Positions 49,301-60,336 of a stretch of 64,000 nucleotides of DNA are shown here, piece by piece. A program made the position numbers and the translations under genes. The stretch is from Azolla caroliniana (Eukaryota > Plantae > Polypodiophyta), in contig JBHGNT010000012.1 of the NCBI GenBank assembly GCA_043228905.1, positions 2,232,001-2,296,000 on the forward strand, in the 5' to 3' direction. The stretch's first letter is position 1. Each line of letters starts with the position of its first letter. Below the pieces are notes generated by a model. The model worked only from the letters and a program-made list of their open reading frames with translations. It had not been told where the DNA came from and did no database searches.

Positions 49301-51704
49301 CTCCTGGAACTGCCCCCGGTATTCCCCTCCGTTATCCGCTCGTATCGCTTTCAGCTTCTTGCCGGATTCCCTTTCCACTCTCGCGTGAAGTTCTTTGACG
49401 ACGCACAACACTTGGTCCTTTGTCTTCAACGGTGCCGTCCACAGCTTCCGGCTGTGGTCATCAATGAATGTCACGAAGTACTGGGCTCCGCCATGTGACT
49501 TCGTTTCTACTTGACACACGTCAGTGTGCACCAGCTCCAATGGTGCGCTACGTCTCGTCGGTGGCCTTGAGTGGAAGAAGGTCCGGTTTTGCTTACCGGC
49601 CAGGCAGTCGGTGCACTTCTTTAGGTGCACATGCTTCACTGGAATAAGGTTGTCTTCTGCAAGCCTCTTCATCCCCTTCTCACTCATGTGGCACAGTCTT
49701 TTGTGCCACAGCTCACCGGCAGTGTCGGCTGCCACATTCAGCTCTTCCGGACATAACCGGGCATTCATCAGGTACAATGTGTTGTCTTTCCGGGCCCGAG
49801 CCACTATCAGGCTCCCCTTGCTGAACTTCATTACGCCGTTCCGAATGCTACCTGTGTAGCCTTCATCGTCTAGCCTCCCGGCCGAAATCAGGTTCAATCG
49901 AACCTCCGGAACGTGTCAGACATCCTTCAGCAGCATTTTGCATCCGGTTGGGGTCGTCAACCACACGTCTCCGATGCCGGCAATCCGGCACGTACCTTCA
50001 TTTCCCATCCGGACACAGCCGTGCTCACCGGCTGTGTAGGATGAGAAGTATCTTCTCTCCGGGGTCAGGTGGAACGATGCTCCGGAATCGACCACCCAGG
50101 TCGTCTCATCGCCGGCAATGTTTAGTTCACCTTCTTCGGTGATGAGCATGATTTCTTCCTCACTTGCCGCGAGTGCCGTCGTTCCTTTCCGGTCCTGCCC
50201 TCGCCGATCCGGACCTCTCCGGTCCGTGGCTCCCCGGTATGCACCGTTTCTCTCCGGTGACTTCTTCGAATCGGTGTCGTCGGCTCCGTTGTCCTTTCGG
50301 TAATGCCGACAATTCTTCCGGAAGTGCCCCGGCTTCCCACAGTGGAAGCATGTGGGCCTTCCTCTTGACTGCGACCGGGTCCCCGACTTCTCCCGTCTTT
50401 GCGGACTCCGGTTCCATTGTCTTCCCCGTTCCGATTCGGTAAGCAGCATCTTCGGATCGGAAACCGGTTCTTTATCTCTCCGACGCGCTTCTTCGTTCAA
50501 AATGCTTGTCTTTACCGTTTGTAGAGACAAGTTATCTTCGGTGCAGGAGGTGCTGAGAGTCACCACCAAGTTCTCCCAGCTTTCCGGCAATGTACACATC
50601 AGAATGATGGCTTGCATTGCATCCTCCAACGGGAACTTGATCGCCGCAAGCTGGTTCACGAATCCCATGAACGTGCTCACGTGTTCCACCATATTCTCGC
50701 CGTCCCGGTACTTGAGGTTCACTATCTTCCTCATCAGGGAGGTCCGGTTCAACGCATTCTTCCTCTCGTAGAGGCCTGACAGCTTCTTCCACATCTCATA
50801 TGCGTTGGTGTCGTTCGCCACATGTTGTAGGACACTTACATCGACATATTGCCGGATCGTCGCTACGGCTTTCCGGTTCAGGAGCTTCCACTCCGACTCT
50901 ATTACTCCCTTGGGTATCTCGGCATTGTCGATCGGTTCGTACAGGTCTCGGACGATGAAAAGGTCTTCCATCTTTATCTTCCAATCGGCGTAGTTCTGTG
51001 AGTTCAACACCATCATGCCCGGAGGCCCACTACCGCCGCCTTCCATTTTCTGTGTTACCGTCGCTCTGATACCACTTGTTGAAAAACAGTGCTCGGCCAC
51101 AACCGAGGAATAGGATCAACTCACAGAAAAAACAGGAAATACAAAGTGCACGAGGACAATAGAGAGAAAGGTACACTGGATATTTTATGTGGAAAACCCT
51201 AAATGGGAAAAACCACGGGAGTCCTCAAACTCCAACTATCACTATGAACAGGGATGTACACTGGTGAAGCTACAAGGCAACAACCTTGAGCTCACTGTCT
51301 TCGCCACAGGCAGCGGTAATACACAGAGGCAACGACCTCTTCGTCTCTCTCTCTCTCTCTCTCTGACGCGGCTGCTCTCACTGCGCATAAAAATGAGCAA
51401 CAACATTTAAACTGTTTGCCCTAAGTCATATTTATACACATATGACTTTCGGGCTATTTACAAGTATAGCCTCAAGGGCTCTTGGCAAAACATATTCACA
51501 AATATGTCCCCGCATCCGGATCTCTCTCCGGGTACATTCGTCATCCGGCTCCGTAACCGGGGTCTTCAGCATCCGGCTCCGTAGCCGGGGTATTCATCAT
51601 CCGGCTCCGTAGCCGGGGTCTTCATCATCCGGCTCCGTAACCGCAACCGGGCTTGCCGTCATTCATCTCCGGACATCCCATCCGGAGGGACCGAAATCCC
51701 AACA
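46335..51704 (-). mobile_element. Ty1/Copia copy B, full length (same family as copy A)
   Basis: 628-bp LTRs at 46335-46962 and 51077-51704 (no differences seen); TSD TATTT at 46330-46334 and 51705-51709; iMet PBS at 51063-51074; PPT at 46965-46977. Confidence 0.97.
46973..51046 (-). pseudogene. Copia B gag-pol, single frame with a nonsense codon at 49916-49918 and RT YVDD>YVDN
   Basis: ORFs 49916-51100 and 46973-49897 share a frame; the TGA is CGA in copy A; the catalytic Asp is replaced by Asn. Confidence 0.92.
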
Positions 51705-52818
51705 TATTTAGTTCTAGGGCTCTCCGGGTCTCGCTCGCGTGCACCCGCCCGTTCCAGAGGTACACCACGTTGGTCCTGAGCGCGTCGGCGAAATCCGCGC
51801 AATCCTTCCGAATGTGACCGATTGCGTCACACCACATGCACCGCTGCCCAGTCGGCGGCCTCCGGTCGTGAGGTTGTTTGCCGCTGTCTCTCTGGGCCTG
51901 TGTGATCTGTAGGTTGCGCACCATCTGTGTCAGCTCCTCCGGATGGGCCTCTGACCACGTCATTCGATGCCGACCCCGACTCTAGCCAGATTCAGGTCTC
52001 TTCCTTCCTACCGGCCGGCACCGATACCGGCTGCTCGAGCATCCTCCCGGGGACTGGCCCTGACCCCGACGAGCTTCCGTTGCTCCAATCACGCCGTTTG
52101 TCGAAACGGCCTCAGACCCGTTTTACCATGGCCTAGTCTGTCGTGAGCCCTTCGTCTGTTTCCAATAGGGGACCCACCTTTTCCCTGTCGAGCGCGTCCA
52201 CCGTCTTGACAAACAGTAGTACTCGACTCGTTTCGAGCATTGTCCGGTCTAGCGTCGATAGCCGCGCAAATCGTTTTTCAAACTCCTGGAGGAGCACCGA
52301 CGTGTTCCTCCCTTTTCCGAGGCTTTCCACCCACGCCATGAAGTCCCGCCTCGTCAACCGAAGCGAGTCGTCAAACCCGTACTTCTCGAGGAGCCGCAGC
52401 TCGAACTCCTCCCAAGTCTGGCATCCGGCCAGCACCTTGAGCACCTCCGCGTGGATGCTCGACGTCACCACCCGAGGGAATCCGGACAACTGCCTGTCCA
52501 CCGGGATATCCCTCATGATCATTTCGGCCCGGTAAGCCTCCAAATAACTTGTGGCGTCTTTCCCTCCGAACCGGCCTATAGTGCCGACGATCGATTTGAT
52601 GGTTCTGTCGAGGGTACCCGTCCCCTCACAAGCGCTTACCATCCAGTCGACAACTACAGCCATTGCCTCTGCTAGCTCCGATCCCCTCATCTTTCGACTC
52701 CTTTGCTGCCTGTTCACGTCGGGTTCACCAAAGATGTCGCGTTGTTACGTGCGTGCGTGTAGAAAGAGGTGGGACCACGGGGGTCTCGAACCAAGGGGAG
52801 AGAGAGAGAGAGAGAGAG

Positions 52819-52854
<36 letters not shown>

Positions 52855-53393
52855 CAAGGAACATAGGAATCTGATTACTATAGTCAATAGCTTACAACCG
52901 GCAACCCAGTAATGGACCCGACACGGGGTCCTACTCACGCACACCGACGACAGCCACATGGCTCAAAGAAACAAAAGGGGAAAGGGGAAGGAGAGAGACT
53001 CTGCTGGAAGCACACATGCTGTCCACAAAGCAGAGGCAGCGAACTCCCGACACCCCGCAGAGAACGACGATTTGAGGAGAGAGAGAGCCCGGCACTCGGT
53101 TCTGCAGCAACACTTCGTCCTCGCCAACACACCCTCTTTCTCTCCCCTCTCTCCTCTCCTTAAATAGTTCCCAAAAGGAGGTGCCCTCTCTCCCTAGTCA
53201 AATCGCTTTATTCCCTGTCCCTTCTGACAGAGATACACACAATCCCCTAATAAATGTGTACTACTTAGTATTTACATCAGCCGATCCATTTATGAATCAT
53301 GTACAAAATATCAATTCATGCACCCATCCGTGTAAGAGCCGGTTCATGCGCCTTTTTCTCTGATTCCGCCTATGCTCGGTTTTCTTCACGACA

Positions 53394-53795
53394 ACGGCCT
53401 GACAAAAGTCCCCGACAAGATGTTCAACCCGCTGCAAATTCACCTCATCACCCTGCAAGAAAAGGACCGTATTGTCGGCATATTCAGATAACAGAAGATC
53501 TTTAGTCGCATTGGGGATGGGCAATCCCCTAAATCCACTGCTTGGTGCTTGTAAGTAGGCAAAGAAAGCCTCAGTTACAAATAGATAGAGATATGGGGCT
53601 AGGGGACAACCTTGCATCACTGAGCGGTGTAGTTGGAAGGAGGGCCCCCTAGCACCGGCTACCAGCATGCTACTGGTCGCAGTCCGATAGAGTACAGAAG
53701 TGCAATTCCTCCATTTTTTGGGTAGGCCCGTAGCTCTCATCACGTTTTCCAAGAAGAGCCATAGTACCTTGTCATAGGCCTTCTTGAAGTCTATA
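53394..53795 (-). pseudogene. LINE (L1/Tx1-like) reverse transcriptase fragment
   Basis: Motifs IDFKKAYDKV.W.FL, SVMQGCPLAPYLYL and EYADNTVLFL. Confidence 0.85.
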
Positions 53796-54659
53796 CCCAC
53801 TACTTTAGATTTGAACACATAGTGACACAGTGATATAAATTCAATAGCATTTAACAATGATAAGGATATCATTTTATCATTGTGCTTCAACCCGAAATGA
53901 CTTGTTTGTTATGATGTTCATGTCATTGACTGTGAAAGATGATCTCTCTTTTAGAGTACATATTATGATTAGGAGTACACTAGCCATGACATGTTATATA
54001 AGTGATAAGATAGTTTTATCAAATATTGTATAGACATGGTAAAAAATTGTAGATTATTTGTTCAATGTTTAAGACTCAACCTAACGATTATTAATTTTGT
54101 TACTAAAGGCTATAATGACAAATTGAGAAATGCAATTCAAACTATAAATATAACAATTCACGTCACAAATTATGTATCATTGCTCATGCTCAATATATTA
54201 AAATTACTATACAAATGAAGTTATGTCTATTAACAATACACATATCCATCCTCCACTATACATTTGAACTTTCCCTTTCTCTCTCTTCTCTACTCCTTAA
54301 TAATATATATTTGAGTTTCCATAATCCCATTAATAGCCATCACCATCTTCAAGTTGTTGTAGGTTGTAATGAACAATGTTAATCATGGGGAATTTACCTT
54401 GTCTGACTATTAAAAACCACACTTTAATCGCCAATGCTCCTATGAGGGTGAATGAGAATCGATTGTGAATGAAAAAAAGGGTGGAATCTGCACCGTCTTG
54501 TTAGTCGGTTAGGTCTTGAGGTCAACTTAGCTCATAGAGTTGGGAATTGTTGAGTGAAGATTAAACAAGGGGGAATAGAGAGAACAAAAAAAGGTACATG
54601 TATCTAATTTTGAATTCTCAATTATGCCTGTTAATGTCTTATTACATTTGTTACATAGT

Positions 54660-55340
54660 AAATGTGTGTTTTGGTCCATTAAGTGTATGAACAAGGTATT
54701 GTATTTTCGATGGTTGATGATTCATTATGTATTGGCAACATGAGACTTATTGAGGGGATCAGTGTCTGATCGATCATGTGTTATGTGTAGGTCTGCATCT
54801 GAGACATTGCATCATGTTTTTTGGGAATGTGTTGCAGCCAAAAGTTTTTGGTTTCGAATTCGCAGGCTACTAGGTCGTAAGTATAGGTTGGCTATTTTCA
54901 CATGGGGTGCAGTCTTTTGGGGAACGTTGGATCAACAAATGAGTCAATGACCTTTTATCATTATCATCATTCTTGATTGACTTTAAATGTGAGAATTTTT
55001 AATAAGTACTCTACTTTAAGTTCCTTGCAGGGAATCAAGTTCTGTTATGTTTGGCATATTGTCTCCTCTTTGGCTTTGTGGTTATTTGGAAAGCTAGGTG
55101 TTCCAAACTATAAAATGATGAAGAAACTCATGTTGTGGATAAGTTTAAGTACTTCTGGGACTTATTGGTACATACGGTTAAAGGTGATTATGATAGTTAT
55201 AAGGTTTATGGAAATATAGCTAACTGGAAAAGAAGGTGAATTTGATGAGTATGGTCGTCTATTCCTATCATGTTGGATACAAGTGTTGATATTAAGTGGA
55301 ACTATGTTCCACCTTGTTGGTTGTTCCCACCACCAGAGTC
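54660..55340 (+). pseudogene. Degenerate LINE ORF2 3' end (zf-RVT)
   Basis: Motifs CVMCRSASETLHHVFWEC, VWHIVSSLALW and a terminal WLFPPP. Confidence 0.7.
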
Positions 55341-55529
55341 ATTCTTAGTGCAAACAACATGAGTTAAGATGGAGCAGGTGGTTGAAGCATATTGGAATGG
55401 TTTATTGATGTAAATCGGTGAGGCAGTTAGTTTGTTTTTGGATGTAGATTATCGGTCGTCACAAGAGTGAAGTTCTACTTGTTTTGTTGGTGCAAGTAGA
55501 TTGTCGGGTTCGGCGAGATGGTTGAGGTG

Positions 55530-55940
55530 GGGTTAATGAAGCATATTTTCTATTTTTTATGAGGATGAGTGATGATTGTGTCGGGGGCTAAAGCATATTT
55601 TCATGAGGAGATGAGGAGAGTGGACTCATTTTGTTTTTGTATGTATGGGATTTTGGTGGTAAAAGACGAGATAGTTGATGTGGAAAATGAAGCATATTCT
55701 TTATTTTTGATAAGGATGAGTGATCGTGGTGTCGTGGATTGAAGTATATTTTCATGAGAAGATGACGAGAGTAGATTCATTTTGTTTTTGTATGTACAGG
55801 ATTTTGGTGGTAATTGACGAGATGGTTATTGTAGTAAAGGAAGCATATTAGGCTTGGTTGTCCTGTAGGTCTTGAGGGTCGAGGATGAATGTTGATGGTA
55901 TGGAGGTTAGAAGCATATTCTTGAGGGTCGAGGAGGTGTG
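55530..55940. repeat. Dispersed/tandem repeat of about 150 bp, related to 19007-19280
   Basis: GAAGCATATTTTC...GAGGATGAGTGATGAT.GTGTCGGGGGCTAAAGCATATT units; matches the Copia A target site. Confidence 0.7.
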
Positions 55941-56399
55941 TACTTGATCAAATTATTGGATATATCTTCCCTTAAATGGATAGTCATTATTCCCTTTTAG
56001 ATGAAGATGAAGGAGATGGTCGGATTCGACATGAGGGATAGTTGTGGGCTAACCAAGGTGGCCCACCGCGTTCTACATCAACATGGTTCATCATACCTCA
56101 AGTGACATTACATGAGTTCCAAGCTCGAGAATAGGTTAAAGGAAAAGAATGATAATTGTTATCATTATGGAGCCAGAGGACATGTTCACATTCAAACAAA
56201 TGACGACATAAGAGAAAGTGGTGTGGAAAACCATTATGCTCCACTACGTTCTACATTCACTACATATAGGATGTCTCATTTCATTCTTTTTCATCTTTCA
56301 CTACCCTTCTTTGGGGTTTTCATAGATTTATTTTTATTTTTAAAAGAAGGTTCACCTTGGTATTAATAGAAAGATGCCGAAAGGCTACAACAAATTCAT

Positions 56400-58818
56400 A
56401 CAATATATTGCAACCCTCATATCCACATCAACTAACATGTCAAGTATCAAAAGCCCTCATGTAGGGTTGTTCCAAGACAGGGGGTGGAAAAAGCCATCTT
56501 GGTGAAGCATATCTTTCTCCAAAAGAGGTGAAGACCTCTGCCTTTTTCCAAACTTCTCGAAACTGTTGATGTTTACGAATCACAACCTCAAGCTCACCAG
56601 TTATTGCATCATATTGACCTCTTAAAGTATGTAAGAGCATTAACCATATCTCTTTGACTAACTCAACCACATTCTATTTTACTTTTTGAAATACATATTT
56701 ACATCTAGCCTTCCACAATACCCAAACCACTAGAGAAGATAAGACCAAACCTTATCCTCTTCCAAACAACGAACTGTTGTAGTATCAGAGACCTCCAATA
56801 CATGTCTTCCATAAGAGAGGAGAAGAAAATCACCATACTAATCTTCCCCATCTCACAAAACCCCATGTGTACACCTGTTTACCATAAATAGGATACAACA
56901 TTCTCAACATTCGTTTCCAAACTGCTCTAGCAATAGGACATATCCATAAAACATGTGTTGACTTCACATGAATGCCATAATGTGTCAACAACCATCTAAA
57001 TAACACAACTTTTTTAGGAATTTGCATGGCCGGTAACCATTTCCAATAAGCATTCAACCAAGAGTCTGTTACATTACCAAATTTCCAAAATTTACAAGTT
57101 GCGGACATAACAATCACAACTCTCCTTAGCATTTCTCTACCCATTTTTACTGAATATTGAAAAAATGGGATTTGCTTACCTAGCATTCCTTGCGATGATA
57201 TGATTTGCCATTTCCACTCACCAGGATCCCACAAAAGGCGATCAATGGGCTTATTCTCATAGACCCATAAACCCTAAACCCTTACATCATTTGGATGTGG
57301 GTTTAGTATCCATTTTTTACCTTTCTTCCACAATATACGAATGGGCAACATATTCCCTTGAGTTACAATTTCGTCTTCCACAAAGAGAGAATGAAGTCGT
57401 TCAGAAGGCAAAACATCGAAGTAAAGGCATTCATGAGAGTTTTTATAACCCCTAACCCCCAACAAGACATGTAGGGATGAAAACATACCATACCAAAATA
57501 GACTAGTTTGAGAAGGCTGAAAGGAAGATATCGTAAAGACTATCCATTTCTGAATATATAATGTTCCCTCCCCAAATTGTACTACAAACATGGGTTTTGT
57601 TTTCCATCGCTGAAGAAGAAAAAGTTAGCCAATTCCCCATTGACTGAGCTTCACCTTTATCAAAGTCAGCCCAATTCAACTTAGTTCTCTTCCCTAAAAT
57701 GACCCCCTCTTCTAATGTAAATAGTGGGTTCAATATGAGGGGTTGGTGCAACCATTCCTCCGTACATGATTCCCTCCCTTCAAGGGCTTCTCATTCATAG
57801 AACTTACAATATCATAATCCTCCTCTCTACCAAGTTGTACATCATTATTACTAAAAGGGATTATTTGTAAATTTGACTAGTTAACTTGTGGACTATCATG
57901 AATTGCATTTGGTGTCTTTGTAGATGTTACCCCTACACCATAAGATGTCCTCACCGAGGATTTCCTACCATGCTTTCTCTTGCCTTCCATCCAACCTTCA
58001 TCATTAATGTTACTAAAAGAACGCTTTTGTATAATTTGTTCATCTCGAACAGGACAATCTTTCACCACATGGCCAATACAATTACAAATAAAACATTGAT
58101 TAGGAAGTCCAAAATATTTAACTCTTTGGACCCTCAGTGGGGTCTAAAACATAGCGGGCAACCTAAAATATGCAGGTAATGTCATGCCTTTATGTCCAAT
58201 TAATCGTATATATGGTAGGTTGAGATTCCCGGCCACATAACGCATTACATATTCTTCATCAATTAATTGAGTAATCGATGAGGTCATATGTGGTATCACC
58301 GGTCTCCATTCTTTTGGTAAACCTGGAAACATGACAGAAAAGACAAAGTAATTAGATAGATGTTCATTAACCGCATTTAGGTCAAACCCAGGCTCCCATT
58401 GCAAGAAATGCATCAAAATTCCATTAATCCTTGTAGATCCCATCTAAAGTAGCTTCATCACCATCTCTGCAACCGGAAACTCGACATGATAGCATTCTTT
58501 CCCTAAAAATTGAATATCCACAACTCTAGTTAGATCTTCTTGGAATCGGCCTTGCAACAAGTGACGCAACTCCCCACAACTAGGACGACCACTGATTACA
58601 TGTACCACCACCGACAGTTGATGCAGACAATCTATTTTAGCCTGCACCTCTTGTTGCACCTCTGTCGACACAGTTACGTTGACGACAAGATTTTTGACTG
58701 GATGAATAACAAAGGGGAGTTCACTGAAATCCCTTCTTGACGTCATCGCCTCTGTCGTCTCGACCATCATCTGTGTTTTTTCTATTATCGAATGAGCATA
58801 ATGCACTGTGGTTTTCAT
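56400..58818 (-). mobile_element. Decayed L1-like LINE: ORF1 (DUF4283-like plus CCHC) joined to the ORF2 C-terminal part
   Basis: ORF1 motifs DIQFLGKECYHVEF, FLQWEPGFD and CFIC..IGHMVKDC at 57880-58818; ORF2 motifs FRWLLTHYGI, HVLWICPIARAVW and YASPRWLFPPP; no endonuclease or RT core seen. Confidence 0.7.
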
Positions 58819-59584
58819 AGATTATCATGGCTAGAGCCATTGTAATCTTTTCGGCCTAATCATTTCATCATGTATGCAACATTTCTACTAATGAAAATAA
58901 TTTTTCAGAAAAAAAGTGGGGGAGTTAATGAATTATGAACCTTTATTCTATTATTTTATTTTATTAAAAAAAACAAATACTTTTACATTTAGTGTCAAGT
59001 CCCCTTTTTATTGCCTAAGTCCCTTTTTTATTGTCAAAGTCCCTTTTTTTTATTTGGGAGACTAAAAAGGATGGAGTTTATAAACTTCGTTTTCTTTTCA
59101 ACAAATACTTTTTCCATGCATTCTTATTCGTATGCATTCGTGGGGGAGGCCCCACAAATGCGAATATGTCAATCTATGATTATTTGTAAGATGAGTAGGG
59201 GTGGCAAAAAACAAGCAAATAAGTTGTAAATTTAACACTTAAACACATGCTCGAGATGGTCAGCTGCAACAAGAGCATAGTATGTTATATACTTGAATGC
59301 ATTGGCAAACATTCTTTTTTCATACGAATGCAGATGTTATCAAAACAATCTTATGTTTTTTTTTTACACTTTTTACCCTTAACTTTATTACCGTAAAATT
59401 TTTTTACCTTATAATAAATAATGAATACAAAGGTATGGTATTTACCATAGTACGTAAATTTCGTATTTGTCGTCTAGCATAACATTCGTTGGAAAACGAA
59501 TGCGAATGTTATTCAAACATTCTTGTTTTTTTTTTCCATTTTTTAGGTTTATTTACCTCATAATAAATAGTTAATCCAAAAGTA

Positions 59585-60127
59585 TGGTATTTATCATTCT
59601 TTGAGGGTGTTTTTCTTACGCGAATGCACGTATGGTACGTACGGTTCATACTATGGTATTTACCATACTTCGAAAGGGGTGTTTACCATACTCGAATGAT
59701 TGAGCAATTCACGAATGAGATGCACGTATGGTATCATACTATGAACAAGAGGAGTAATTGAAGTTGGTATTTATCATTCTTTGAGTGTGTTTTTCTTACG
59801 AGAATGCACGTATGGTACGTACGGTTCATACTATGGTATTTACCATACTTCGAAAAGGGGTGTTTACCATACTCGAATGATTGAGACATTCACGAATGAG
59901 AATGCACGTATGGTATCATACTATGAACAAGAGGAGTAATTGAAGTTGGTATTTATCATTCTTTGAGGGTGTTTTTCTTACGCGAATGCACGTATGGTAC
60001 GTACGGTTCATACTATGGTATTTACCATACTTCGAGAAGGGGTGTTTACCATACTCGAATGATTGAGCATTCACGAATGCGAATGCAAGTATGGTATCAT
60101 ACTATGAACAAGAGGAGTAATTGAAGT
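59585..60127. repeat. Three near-identical ~181-bp tandem units in the CysRS upstream region
   Basis: TGGTATTTATCATTCTTTGAG...GAGGAGTAATTGAAGT starts at 59585, 59765 and 59947. Confidence 0.95.
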
Positions 60128-60336
60128 GAAGGAAAAGAAAGAAGCATTTGTGTGTGTATGTGTAGGGGGGGGGGGGGGGGGTATTGTTTCTAGAATTTTT
60201 GGAAAGCCTAGCTATAGGGGTATCTTCCGAATTTAGATAAACCCCTAACCATTCCTTCTTCATCTTCTCTCTCTCTCTCTCTCTCTCTCTCAAGTCTCAG
60301 TCTCTTTGTCTTTCAATCTTTTTCCCAAGGTCCGCC

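Larger units (their letters stand above)
46056..53393 (-). mobile_element. Truncated, decayed relative of the Trp-primed Gypsy (5' LTR 52735-53393, PBS 52713-52730, gag pseudogene), split by Copia B
   Basis: Same Trp PBS; gag is homologous to 14322-16448 (MRGSELAEAM, CMWCDAIGHIRKDC, GMKRLMEEAAA) and continues across the TATTT TSD; several CGA>TGA and TGG>TAG/TGA stops. Confidence 0.88.

Noticed and set aside
53796-53890. N-terminal extension of ORF 53297-53890 as part of a gene
   Set aside because: Only 53394-53795 resembles LINE RT; both ends of the ORF are read-through into unrelated AT-rich DNA and the Gypsy LTR.
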